Virus record (IMG/VR): IMGVR_UViG_3300036816_000007
Coordinates: 1-64,000 of that record
DNA: 64,000 bases
Reading direction: 5' to 3' (one strand)
Source of the DNA: a virus
Positions 26,388-34,748 of the stretch are shown here, piece by piece (positions within the stretch are counted from its first letter, which is position 1; every line of letters begins with the position of its first letter). Made by a program: the position numbers and the translations under genes. The notes below the pieces were generated by a model, which saw nothing but the letters and a program-made list of their open reading frames with translations, had not been told where the DNA came from and searched no databases.

Positions 26388-28088
26388 TTACATCCACTTC
26401 GGCTTATTCTTGACTCTATTCTTGCCCGTCTTTGCAATACTTACGGCTTGCTCAAGGGCATCCGGCAAGTCATCGTGCGAGCCTGTGCCGTAATATTCGA
26501 ACTGTTCAAGCAAAAGCGTATGTTTCCGTGAAAATTGAATAGCGCCACTCTCGATATCCGGGAGCAGCGCCTCTATACGGAGCTCTTTACGACTCCGTTG
26601 GTGTATTTCCTTAACGCGGGTACTAGCCGGATATCCTGCGGCTCTCAGCGCCTCTTTCAGCTTCTGTACGAAGAACTCCTGCGCCGCCTGAGCCTCCGCA
26701 GCGATTCCATTCGGCTGATAGCGCATAACCTTCTCGACGATGACGCGAATAAACTCGTCAGGCTTAACGCGCTCACCGTACGCATCGATAACGTACTTCG
26801 TTCCGGTCTTCTTGTGGCGTGCGATCGTAACAATGGCGGAATAGTCTCCGCGCTGTTTACCCATCGCAAAGTCAACGCCCATGTATACGTCAAATACGTT
26901 AGCTGGCGGAGGATATTGCGTTAGGAGTTCACGAACATCCGCGCTATCCCAATACGTAAATGACTCCGGATTGAATATCATCGATTCCTCATCGACCGGA
27001 TTGTTCATGTACTCCGTATTGAACGCCTTCGCTCCGTTATCCCATTTCCACGCCATCAACTTCCATATTGGCTGTGCTTCCGGCCATAGTACTACGGCTC
27101 CTCGGTCCATTTCCTTGCGATTAGCTTCGTAAAGGGCTCGTGCGTCCCTAGCGCGTTCATCTTTCGGTCTGTCCGGATCTTTATAGACGAGATGGCACGC
27201 TTCCCATAAGTCCATACGCGCGGGCCATTCGATAATCGCGCGGTAGACACGGCTCTTAAAATCCGAACGGTTGTATAAAACGTCAACAAGGAGCGCTTCG
27301 TGATGGACCGTTGTTCCCATGTAGATAAACGCGGTCTTCTTGCCGCGCGGATCTCCGAGAGGTACGACAGTCTGTGCGAACCAATCCTTGAGCTTCTTCC
27401 GTAGTTCCGGAGTCGCCGCGTTAGACTTGATATCTTCCAAGTCGTCACATACGATCAAATCCGGCCGCACACCGTTCCAGTTACGTCCACGGAGCGCCTG
27501 GCCCGTTGAGGCAGCCTCTACCTTCGTAAGCAGCCGTTTCGTACCATCTTCGCGCGGTTCCCATGCGATAAACTCCGATGAGTTATCTTTCGGATTCTCT
27601 TGTTGCTTCGGACTCAGTAACGGACCGAAGTCCGCACGTAACTTCGCGTTACTCTTGAGCTGCATCGCAATCCAATCGAGGTTGGCGGATGATACCGCAG
27701 GCGTCTCCGATATGATGATCTCGTATTTACGCTTTCGATACGTAATCTCCCGTATCGGCATCGCCTTGGATAAATACGTTGATTTAGCGTGAGATCGGGG
27801 CGCCGCCTCCGCTACCTTATCGTTTGTATGAACGTTGCTTACATCGTCCATAAGCGCGCAGATTTCACGGTGAAAATCAGGAGCTTCGTCGTACTCCGTA
27901 ATATCAAACCCGTCCCAGTTTCCGTCGTTGCCGGGATTCCGCGCATCTGAGAAGTATTCTAGCGCAAATTCGATAAGATTCGTTTCGCAGCGGTGTACCC
28001 GTTCTAGGCGCTCATATTCCGCAAGCTGTGCGTCAATATCCGCCGCGTCATCCGCTGAAAGGTCGGCGATATCTACGCCTTCAAGCAC
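26388..28088 (-). CDS. terL: Terminase large subunit (canonical-start model; the frame stays open upstream to 28187)
   Basis: Walker-A-like APRSHAKST and Walker B LIVCDDLED, with a nuclease half. The GTG at 28088 has no SD. An ATC at 28166 lies 8 nt after AAGGGGGG in the same frame. Confidence 0.85.
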   Translation of the reverse strand: MLEGVDIADLSADDAADIDAQLAEYERLERVHRCETNLIEFALEYFSDARNPGNDGNWDGFDITEYDEAPDFHREICALMDDVSNVHTNDKVAEAAPRSHAKSTYLSKAMPIREITYRKRKYEIIISETPAVSSANLDWIAMQLKSNAKLRADFGPLLSPKQQENPKDNSSEFIAWEPREDGTKRLLTKVEAASTGQALRGRNWNGVRPDLIVCDDLEDIKSNAATPELRKKLKDWFAQTVVPLGDPRGKKTAFIYMGTTVHHEALLVDVLYNRSDFKSRVYRAIIEWPARMDLWEACHLVYKDPDRPKDERARDARALYEANRKEMDRGAVVLWPEAQPIWKLMAWKWDNGAKAFNTEYMNNPVDEESMIFNPESFTYWDSADVRELLTQYPPPANVFDVYMGVDFAMGKQRGDYSAIVTIARHKKTGTKYVIDAYGERVKPDEFIRVIVEKVMRYQPNGIAAEAQAAQEFFVQKLKEALRAAGYPASTRVKEIHQRSRKELRIEALLPDIESGAIQFSRKHTLLLEQFEYYGTGSHDDLPDALEQAVSIAKTGKNRVKNKPKWM

Positions 28089-28279
28089 GTCAAGTAGCGC
28101 GGAAAGCTCGTTAAGCCTTGCCGCGCGTTCGTCTCTTCCGATCCATTTACCGTTAGTCCATGCGATAGATACCGCCCCCCTTCGTAGTTACGTTGAAATT
28201 GCGTAGATTTAGCGTGTTTAGGCGCTGACCCTAACGGATACACTCCGAACGGGTGAAACGCGCTAATTACACGGTGATT

Positions 28280-28381
28280 TTACGTGATTAGATAGCGTAT
28301 TAACTTTCCGATAGCCACCGCGCACGTCAATATCGCCAGTACGACGCCTAAATCCGTGATCTCGCGTTTGAATCGAGCCAT
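28280..28381 (-). CDS. 33-aa TM peptide inside the terS-terL spacer
   Basis: MARFKREITDLGVVLAILTCAVAIGKLIRYLIT. GGAGG lies 9 nt upstream. Confidence 0.35.
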   Translation of the reverse strand: MARFKREITDLGVVLAILTCAVAIGKLIRYLIT

Positions 28382-28384
28382 GCC

Positions 28385-28963
28385 GCATCGCCTCCGTAAA
28401 GTCCAAAGTTAAAATTTGATACGCGGATTGTAAATGTACCAGATGCGGCGGCCGACGAAGGGGGCCTTGGGGGGGGTCACGCCAGCACCGCCGCCCCTCT
28501 TCGCAACCACTCCGTTTATTCATCCGCAATGCATAATCGTAACGATCCCGTTTAATCACGGATATGCACGGACATGTGCACAAAATCCCGTATACGGTGC
28601 AATAGTCCGCTCCGCAAACCCGCGCCACGCCTACGTTTATTTACGCTGCATAAACGCGCCTTATACATCGCATATGCATTTCCAGTTATTAACGCGTACA
28701 ACCCGCGCCGTTATGCGGATTATGCCCGTTAGTAGCTGGAAGGTTATACGGTCATTTCCCGTACCCTTCCGCGCTGTTTATAATGCCGATATACAGCCGA
28801 AAATAGGCGTTATGCATAAACCGTCGCACTATAACGTAGTGAAGCGTTGAGGTGGCGGAAAGTTTCGGGGAGGGTGCGCGGGACGGGCGCGTTGTAGATA
28901 AAACGGAGGCTCAGTCGGACTCGGTCGCCTACCCTCGCGCATCTCCCTTCATATAATGGCGCA
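28385..28963. other. Repeat- and hairpin-rich non-coding spacer between terS and terL (candidate cos/pac region or structured RNA)
   Basis: No credible ORF. At least six TTATGC(A/G)-type boxes. G5 and G8 tracts at 28460..28476. 14-bp stem 28681..28694 / 28727..28740. Further stems CGTTTAT/ATAAACG and TGCAC/GTGCA. Confidence 0.5.
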
Positions 28964-29356
28964 CTAATCCGCCTCGTCCGACTTCACCCGTTTTATCGTA
29001 CTAATCCGCTGCATCAACGCATCCAGATCGGTTGCTCCATTATCCTTCGTTTCCACTTCGACCTTATCCGTAAGCAATCCGTTAATCTGTAGCGCAAGCT
29101 TTGCCATAGCTGCGTTACCATCCCGCATAGCAATCGTAGATAGCGAGTCGATAAGTTCCGGTAACTTGTCTTGGCTATTGCGAACCATCTGACGTTTTAA
29201 CTCCGCTTCGAATACGGGGTTCTTCTTCCACTCGAATAGCGTTGATCGGTGTACTCCGATAATCTCCGCAAGCTCATCGTATGTCTTACCACCACGCTTA
29301 GGTTGCGCCATCCACGCTATTGCATCGTGTTGTTCCTGCGTTAATTGCTTCGCCAT
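28964..29356 (-). CDS. terS: Terminase small subunit (HTH type)
   Basis: 130 aa. GGKTYDELAEIIGVHRSTLFEWKKNP forms an HTH. It sits at the head of the late operon. Confidence 0.7.
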   Translation of the reverse strand: MAKQLTQEQHDAIAWMAQPKRGGKTYDELAEIIGVHRSTLFEWKKNPVFEAELKRQMVRNSQDKLPELIDSLSTIAMRDGNAAMAKLALQINGLLTDKVEVETKDNGATDLDALMQRISTIKRVKSDEAD

Positions 29357-29438
29357 TACTACGTTCTCCTTCCGTTAAATAAGCGCTAATAACGCGCCTT
29401 CCTACGCTCAGGCAAGGCGTAAGATAGACGCGCTAATA

Positions 29439-29609
29439 TTACGTTGATTCTGCGTATTCAGCGAGTGGGTATTGAATGAGAGTGGCGCTCCCGTTACTTC
29501 CGCCCCTAACGCAGTACCAGAAAATACCGTTGTTATATTCGATGTTATCTACGTTAAGTTTACGCTCCTTTGCGATCTTCTTTCGTAGATCGTCCGTATT
29601 AAGCGCCAC
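29439..29609 (-). CDS. 56-aa hypothetical protein
   Basis: The GTG overlaps the upstream TAG (TAGTG), with GGAGG 8 nt upstream. Below the ORF-track cutoff. Confidence 0.45.
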   Translation of the reverse strand: MALNTDDLRKKIAKERKLNVDNIEYNNGIFWYCVRGGSNGSATLIQYPLAEYAEST

Positions 29610-29818
29610 TACTTACGCCTCCAATCGTTAATATCATCGATCCACATTACGATAATAAACAGCGCGTACACATACGGATTAAGCGCAGTAACCGCCAAGT
29701 CTTTCGTTACAGTTACGAGGTCATTGCGTTCTCTAATTGCAATCGGAATATAGTACGCTAATACTAGGAGCACCAACGCAATATGAACGCCTAAGATAAC
29801 GAATAGTACGGTTAACAT
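29609..29818 (-). CDS. Two-TM membrane protein
   Basis: MLTVLFVILGVHIALVLLVLAYYI ... YALFIIVMWI. Confidence 0.6.
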   Translation of the reverse strand: MLTVLFVILGVHIALVLLVLAYYIPIAIRERNDLVTVTKDLAVTALNPYVYALFIIVMWIDDINDWRRK

Positions 29819-30069
29819 ACGCTCACTCTCTCACGTTCCATAAGCGCCATTAAACCGTTGTGTAGCGAAGCAATATCGTCTACTCGCGCTACAACTTCTC
29901 CGTTCTCATATACGATGAAGATGCGGTAACCTTCGTCTCTGAGCGATGTGATTGCGCCGTGGATAGCGATTCGTGATGCGAATCCAGTTACGTCAAGTCC
30001 GTGTGCATAATCGAAACCTTCGTACTTACCGCATACTAAACGATACATATACGTTCTCCCTCCGCTCAC
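29812..30069 (-). CDS. Hypothetical protein
   Basis: 85 aa. First gene after the 400-bp non-coding hub, with SD GGAGGGAG. Confidence 0.6.
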   Translation of the reverse strand: MSGGRTYMYRLVCGKYEGFDYAHGLDVTGFASRIAIHGAITSLRDEGYRIFIVYENGEVVARVDDIASLHNGLMALMERERVSVC

Positions 30070-30263
30070 TTAGCGTTCGCTTAACGTAAGTGAACCGCGT
30101 TATTTAATCTTTGACTACATGAGGTACTTCGAAGAGTATGCTTCATGTTTCTTGCAGACAAGGGTTTTAGCTCAAAGAATGCTTCGTCACTGCGTTCCTA
30201 GCTCCATCGCCTGGCGGCTCTGGAACATATAATTGATTACGCGTTATACCTTTACCTTAATGA

Positions 30264-30297
30264 TCCCGCGAGGTTTAGTTTGCGAAGCAAAATCAAC
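30264..30297. repeat. 34-bp conserved element, copy A (partner at 63905..63938)
   Basis: TCCCGCGAGGTTTAGTTTGCGAAGCAAAATCAAC. 33/34 identical to copy B. Confidence 0.9.
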
Positions 30298-30414
30298 CGA
30301 AGCGGTGGACCTCGTTCTTTTCCGTTTCTTGTTACGTAGTTATACAAGATAAAGAGTTGTTCAAGCCCTAAAACGGCGGAATCCCGCGTCGCTCTAAGGC
30401 CGAAGCCACTTTTG

Positions 30415-30465
30415 AACTATGCAATATTTGATAGGTAAAACGCTCTAACTATGCAATATTTGATA
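30415..30465. repeat. Two 19-bp direct repeats (iteron-like), 32-bp period
   Basis: AACTATGCAATATTTGATA at 30415..30433 and 30447..30465. CGCTCTAA precedes both, directly before the second repeat and 17 nt before the first. They lie just 3' of the double-wHTH gene. Confidence 0.85.
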
Positions 30466-30471
30466 CCCCCT

Positions 30472-31350
30472 CTAGAAGGGAAGATCCGTATCGTCCAGCC
30501 CGTGACCACTTTCGGAAGCCTTACGGTGCTGTTCGAAGTCATAACGCAAAGCCTGCGTATACTCATCGTCATCGAATTTCTGACGGTACATCACGTCTGG
30601 ATTCACCTTGATTACGGTAACTCCCAACGATTCAGAACGCATAATAAAGCCGTTCTTACTCAGCTCCCGTAACCCTCTCCGCACGGTCTGGTCATCTACG
30701 CCTAGAAAGCGCGCGAGTGACGCCTGCGTGATAACGTCGAGTTTGTCCGCTTTCCGCTCGTCTGGATTCGTACATAAGTAACAAAGCCGATAGTGGAAAA
30801 ACGGAATCATGCAATATAAAAGGCCCGCCGCTTGAATCGAAAGATTCTTAACGTCAGACCTCGTTTTCATTTGATATATCTTTGTAAATGACTCGCCCTG
30901 TTTAAGTGCGCGTCCGATCGTGTGATATTCCGGATGGATTGCGTATACCTTGCGCCGTCCCTCTTTATCTTCCGTAAGGATTCCGTATTTGACCAACGAA
31001 GAAACAATCGTAGCTGTCATACGCGCTGCCTTTCCGATAACCTTCGAAATCTCTGCGGTGCCCATGCGCTTTCCGTTAAGGTAAAGGTCACCCGCGTTAT
31101 CCATGTGCATATACGGAATTAGCTTCATGACCGCGCCCAACTCGTTAAGCGAAAGCAGCGTTGTCAGGCTGCGCACAGGTTCGTGATAGGACGTAACGTA
31201 GTACTTTGTATTACGTTTGCGTGCGTCTTCTCTTGCAGCGTACTCCCGTTTCCTGGCGATGTCCTCTTCGGAGATAACGTGGAATCCTTCGAGTGGAACC
31301 TCGCTAATCCACGTACCATCTGCGTTTTTGCGCGTAACAAATTCGCTCAT
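30472..31350 (-). CDS. Double winged-helix protein (replication-initiator / replisome-organiser-like)
   Basis: 292 aa with two wHTH-like units: ...MGTAEISKVIGKAARMTATIVSSLVKYGILTED... and ...ITQASLARFLGVDDQTVRRGLRELSKNGFIMRS... Iterons are adjacent. Confidence 0.45.
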   Translation of the reverse strand: MSEFVTRKNADGTWISEVPLEGFHVISEEDIARKREYAAREDARKRNTKYYVTSYHEPVRSLTTLLSLNELGAVMKLIPYMHMDNAGDLYLNGKRMGTAEISKVIGKAARMTATIVSSLVKYGILTEDKEGRRKVYAIHPEYHTIGRALKQGESFTKIYQMKTRSDVKNLSIQAAGLLYCMIPFFHYRLCYLCTNPDERKADKLDVITQASLARFLGVDDQTVRRGLRELSKNGFIMRSESLGVTVIKVNPDVMYRQKFDDDEYTQALRYDFEQHRKASESGHGLDDTDLPF

Positions 31351-31934
31351 TAGGAAGCACCTCCGGACACCGATAGCCTACGTCTATAAAGAGCTCGCCG
31401 GCCCTCTACTCGCTGTAAATTTCGGTCGAGTTCTCGCAGCCTTCTCGTCAACTCTAGCCACTCCAACATAACGACCTGCTCATCGTATTCGTCTTCCTTG
31501 AACCTCTCAAAATCCTCTATTTCTAATATCAGCCAACGTCTCTCCTCTTCTAGCTGATGCGCAGCTTCCTCTAATTTATCGAGAGTATCGGACACTGCAC
31601 TTGTGTGTTCTTCAAAATACATCTTATCTCGGTTAAACTTCGGTCGTAACTCATTGATAAGGTACGTTTCGTAAACATCCACGTAGAACATGTTACCTGA
31701 GCAGTATAACGAAATGCTTGCAATATCCTTGTAAAAACGGATGGAGTCTTTCTTACCACTCAGATGCTCGAGCAGCCTACGACCCAGTGAAGAACTTTTA
31801 CCAACATAAAGACACAGGCCCTCGCTGTTACGTAGTACGTACACGCCGGAGATGCCTAGAAAACTTTCACGTCTATTTAAAAATTCCTCTTTGGAAAATT
31901 CTTCGCTTTTAGGTAACGTTACAATTACTCCCAT
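31350..31934 (-). CDS. GIY-YIG nuclease domain protein with C-terminal coiled coil
   Basis: GVYVLRNSEGLCLYVGKSSSLGRRLLEH ... YETYLINELRPKFN. Confidence 0.8.
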   Translation of the reverse strand: MGVIVTLPKSEEFSKEEFLNRRESFLGISGVYVLRNSEGLCLYVGKSSSLGRRLLEHLSGKKDSIRFYKDIASISLYCSGNMFYVDVYETYLINELRPKFNRDKMYFEEHTSAVSDTLDKLEEAAHQLEEERRWLILEIEDFERFKEDEYDEQVVMLEWLELTRRLRELDRNLQRVEGRRALYRRRLSVSGGAS

Positions 31935-32126
31935 ACTATCGCTCTCCTCTGCGTAATTTCCGACGTCCAGTGAAGTCAGGGAAAGCGAGTGTCGGAGTAT
32001 CTCGCGTTCGGCCCGTCAGCCTATTCCCATTTACCTTATCACCGGTATATCTATATAACCTTGAGATAGCGTAAAATGTAAGGTACTTTGCAGGAATTTC
32101 CGCCATTTTATCGAATTTATTTTCGT

Positions 32127-32306
32127 ATGAAAACGTTAATTACAGACACCGAATTGCTGGCGGCCGCCCTCGCACAAGTCCGCGTTACTATCTTCGAACC
32201 CGGCGGCCACACGATCGCAGATTACGGCGGAATCATCGAAAAGTACACGCCAGATTACGTTAAGATTGCCGACACGTATTTTAGGCGCGGCAATCTTCGT
32301 ATTTAA
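32127..32306 (+). CDS. Hypothetical 59-aa protein (weak)
   Basis: Plus-strand ORF with no clear SD. Confidence 0.3.
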   Translation: MKTLITDTELLAAALAQVRVTIFEPGGHTIADYGGIIEKYTPDYVKIADTYFRRGNLRI

Positions 32307-32320
32307 GGCGCTGGAGACAC

Positions 32321-32345
32321 GAAAAAGACCGGATTAGCTCCGGTC
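32321..32345 (-). terminator. Rho-independent terminator for leftward transcription
   Basis: Minus strand: GACCGGAgctaaTCCGGTC followed by TTTTTC. Confidence 0.7.
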
Positions 32346-32518
32346 CCTCTTGAATATTATCCGCAATATCTCCCGCCAACTACGCCTAATGCCCGCCTGC
32401 CTGACGATCTTCCGCACATCAACGTGCTTTTTCATCCGTTTTTACCTCGACCCACTCACCGCCCGCCGTCCGTACGTAATTCCGCCCACTCATCCGTTTT
32501 CCCACCGCAAATATCCGC

Positions 32519-32722
32519 TTATTCATCCGCTAATACCTCCTTACGCGCTGTATTAAGATTACGTATCTTCGCTATTTTCTGCGCGGGTGTGTAGTCCGCC
32601 TGGTTAACGATCGACTCGACTATGCCTACGAATGTTGCGTGGATCAGCGCCCGGCGTTGGTCAGGCGCATCAGCCTCCGTATAACTGTTGCGTAATAACG
32701 ACGCATATGTCTCCGTACTCAT
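32519..32722 (-). CDS. Hypothetical protein
   Basis: 67 aa, translationally coupled to the upstream gene. Confidence 0.6.
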   Translation of the reverse strand: MSTETYASLLRNSYTEADAPDQRRALIHATFVGIVESIVNQADYTPAQKIAKIRNLNTARKEVLADE

Positions 32723-32985
32723 CTACGAGGCACCTCCCGAAAGTATTCGTTAATCTGGCGCTCGAGTAACGTATGGCCGCGGATAATCCAACGTGGCTCG
32801 CCCGTATAAGCGGCCGGCGTTGTCATGCGCGCGATTGCGAAGTCACGGCGATTAAATCCGAACTTGGCGAAATGCTTGACGCAGATTACGCGTTTGGTAG
32901 GCGTATTAGCGTTGCCCGTGCCGGCGCATCCGTAGCAAGTGTACACGTCGTTATAGCGGCCAGATCCGCCGCAGCGTTCGCACAT
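32719..32985 (-). CDS. Zinc-finger (CxxCxGxG x2) protein
   Basis: MCERCGGSGRYNDVYTCYGCAGTG. Confidence 0.6.
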   Translation of the reverse strand: MCERCGGSGRYNDVYTCYGCAGTGNANTPTKRVICVKHFAKFGFNRRDFAIARMTTPAAYTGEPRWIIRGHTLLERQINEYFREVPRR

Positions 32986-33000
32986 AATACTTCCTCCTTG

Positions 33001-33213
33001 TTAACCGAGTACGTTATTAATTTTTTCTTTCGCTTTTGCAATTGTCTCGTAATTTCCATCAAATAGAGAAGAAATGTAGGGAGCAAGGATTATCCACCCA
33101 CCGTCAATTAAGTCGGACATTATTACGAAACCTCTGTGTCGATATAGTCTACTGCTTCGATTTTTCAACTCAACCATCTCCTTTGTCCCGTTTAACGTAC
33201 CACTTATAAACAC
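33001..33213 (-). CDS. Hypothetical protein (start uncertain)
   Basis: The track ORF start lies inside operator repeats. Internal TTG and ATG starts have better SDs. Confidence 0.4.
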   Translation of the reverse strand: MFISGTLNGTKEMVELKNRSSRLYRHRGFVIMSDLIDGGWIILAPYISSLFDGNYETIAKAKEKINNVLG

Positions 33214-33290
33214 AGTATATTATGTCCCGTTTAACGTGTCAATACATTTTGGCACTTTTAACGTGACGAATTTTACGCTATACTAAACGT
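33185..33290. promoter_or_regulatory. Operator/promoter region with repeated (GTCCCG)TTTAACGT boxes upstream of an XRE gene
   Basis: GTCCCGTTTAACGT at 33185..33198 and 33224..33237. Partial copies: CTTTTAACGT at 33255..33264 and CTAAACGT at 33283..33290. TATACT at 33279..33284. Confidence 0.55.
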
Positions 33291-33306
33291 AGGAGGTGGC
33301 AATTCA

Positions 33307-33531
33307 ATGTCCACGTATAAAGTCCGCCTCAAGCTCGATGAGTTATTGAAAGAGCGCAACATAGGCGATCGCGAATTCGGCCGCTTAACCGGAATACGCC
33401 GCACGTCTGTCGGAGAGATGCGCGCTAACAAGACGTTGCGGCTTCCGCTTGACAATCTCGCTAAAATATGCGAAGTCCTCAGCGTAGAGATAACGGATGT
33501 ACTCGAGCTAGAAAAAGAGCCGCGCGATTAA
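33307..33531 (+). CDS. XRE-family HTH regulator (Cro/CI-like)
   Basis: 74 aa, SD AGGAGGTG. ERNIGDREFGRLTGIRRTSVGEMRANK forms the HTH. Confidence 0.85.
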   Translation: MSTYKVRLKLDELLKERNIGDREFGRLTGIRRTSVGEMRANKTLRLPLDNLAKICEVLSVEITDVLELEKEPRD

Positions 33532-34262
33532 GCTGCGGCCTTTTCTTCGTATAGGGGCGGAGTAACTTCCGTAACTACTTCGATTTCATTGACCGCACCC
33601 ATCTCGTTAATCCAACGCTTGCCAATACCGACGCAGTTAACGAAAGGCTCCGTAAGTTCGCCGCCGTTTTCGTAGAGGTTATACGTTTTGACTGCGCTAG
33701 GCTCCGTATCACGTATATACTGCGCCTGTCGTGCCTCATTGCGGATCTTAGCGCCTTGATCTACGCGCCAATGTTCGTAACTACTACGCTTACGTTTCGT
33801 CGGCCTACGGTAGTCCTTACCGTCCACTCCGGTTGATTGTGCGGCTGACTCAGACGTCTCACGGTCACGGCGGAGGCCTAGCTGCCGTTCGGACATAAAC
33901 GGATATTCCGTATGTGACACTTTGTACGGATTCGGGTCCGTAATCTCTTCATATAGCGCGAGATCCGTTAAGCGATCCATTAGCGCGGAATCTGCAGGCG
34001 TCATGGCCGGACGATCACCGGGGCATCCTTTCGCTTCCCATTCGCTGATCTTACGATGGTTAAACTCGCCATGCTCCGCGTAATAATCGCGTTGAATCGC
34101 CGCAATGACGTACATACGCGTTTCTCTGTCGCGTAGGTCGTGCGTCTTGCCTCCGAAATCAAACGGAATAGGCGGCGCGCCTTCCGCCTTAAACTGCGTC
34201 TCCATCGCGCTCTCCAACGTAGTAACCAATTGCTCCGTAATCTCGCGGTAAGTTGTCGTCAT
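33528..34262 (-). CDS. Hypothetical protein
   Basis: 244 aa, coupled to the sigma-r4-like gene upstream. Confidence 0.7.
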   Translation of the reverse strand: MTTTYREITEQLVTTLESAMETQFKAEGAPPIPFDFGGKTHDLRDRETRMYVIAAIQRDYYAEHGEFNHRKISEWEAKGCPGDRPAMTPADSALMDRLTDLALYEEITDPNPYKVSHTEYPFMSERQLGLRRDRETSESAAQSTGVDGKDYRRPTKRKRSSYEHWRVDQGAKIRNEARQAQYIRDTEPSAVKTYNLYENGGELTEPFVNCVGIGKRWINEMGAVNEIEVVTEVTPPLYEEKAAA

Positions 34263-34666
34263 TAAGCCGCCTCCAATTCGATATTTTCCGTATACTCAAC
34301 GCTAACCTCTCCGTATTCCCAGCGCTTATAGACCTCCGCCATTTTCTCCGCTGCTGCTTCGATTAATTGCGTAACGGCTTCGCGAGATACGCCCATCTGA
34401 CGCGCTGCCTCCGCCTGTGTAACGTCAAATCCGTATACGAACGCAATGGCTTCCGTTTGCCTATCGGTGAGGGAGGCGGAGCTTATTGCGCTATGCAGAT
34501 CAACGAGGATGTCACACGCGGCATAATCCCCGCGGAATCGTGCCGAGCTAATCCGGTGGCGGTCGCGTAATAGCGCCTTAACTCCGGCCGCGTCATTGAG
34601 CGAGTATTTAACGGAATAGCTGCGCGAACCCTTTTCGATATCCACTTTAACGTGTCCCATACGCAA
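34262..34666 (-). CDS. Sigma-70 region-4-like transcription regulator (ArpU/RinA-like late activator candidate)
   Basis: LTDRQTEAIAFVYGFDVTQAEAARQMGVSREAVTQLIEAAAEKM. Confidence 0.6.
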   Translation of the reverse strand: MRMGHVKVDIEKGSRSYSVKYSLNDAAGVKALLRDRHRISSARFRGDYAACDILVDLHSAISSASLTDRQTEAIAFVYGFDVTQAEAARQMGVSREAVTQLIEAAAEKMAEVYKRWEYGEVSVEYTENIELEAA

Positions 34667-34748
34667 ATCCGCTCCCTTTTACGATGAGAAGGCGCAGGCC
34701 CGAAAGCCCGCCGCTCCTCTATCGTGAATTTTTCAAATACTTACGTTT

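Noticed and set aside
28263-28850. ORFs 28263..28628 (minus) and 28434..28850 (plus) in the terS-terL spacer
   Set aside because: Their sequences are Cys/Arg/Pro/His-rich with no motifs, no SD at the annotated starts, and mutual overlap. The region is better explained as non-coding repeats and hairpins. Only the 33-aa TM micro-ORF at 28280..28381 has an SD.
28400-28960. Group I intron core in the terS-terL spacer
   Set aside because: On the minus strand I saw strings loosely resembling the P and Q elements: GCGCGGAAGGG and AATCCGCATAAC. I could not find convincing R/S (P7) partners or a P1/P10 arrangement. The idea is kept only as an alternative to test with covariance models and is not called as a feature.
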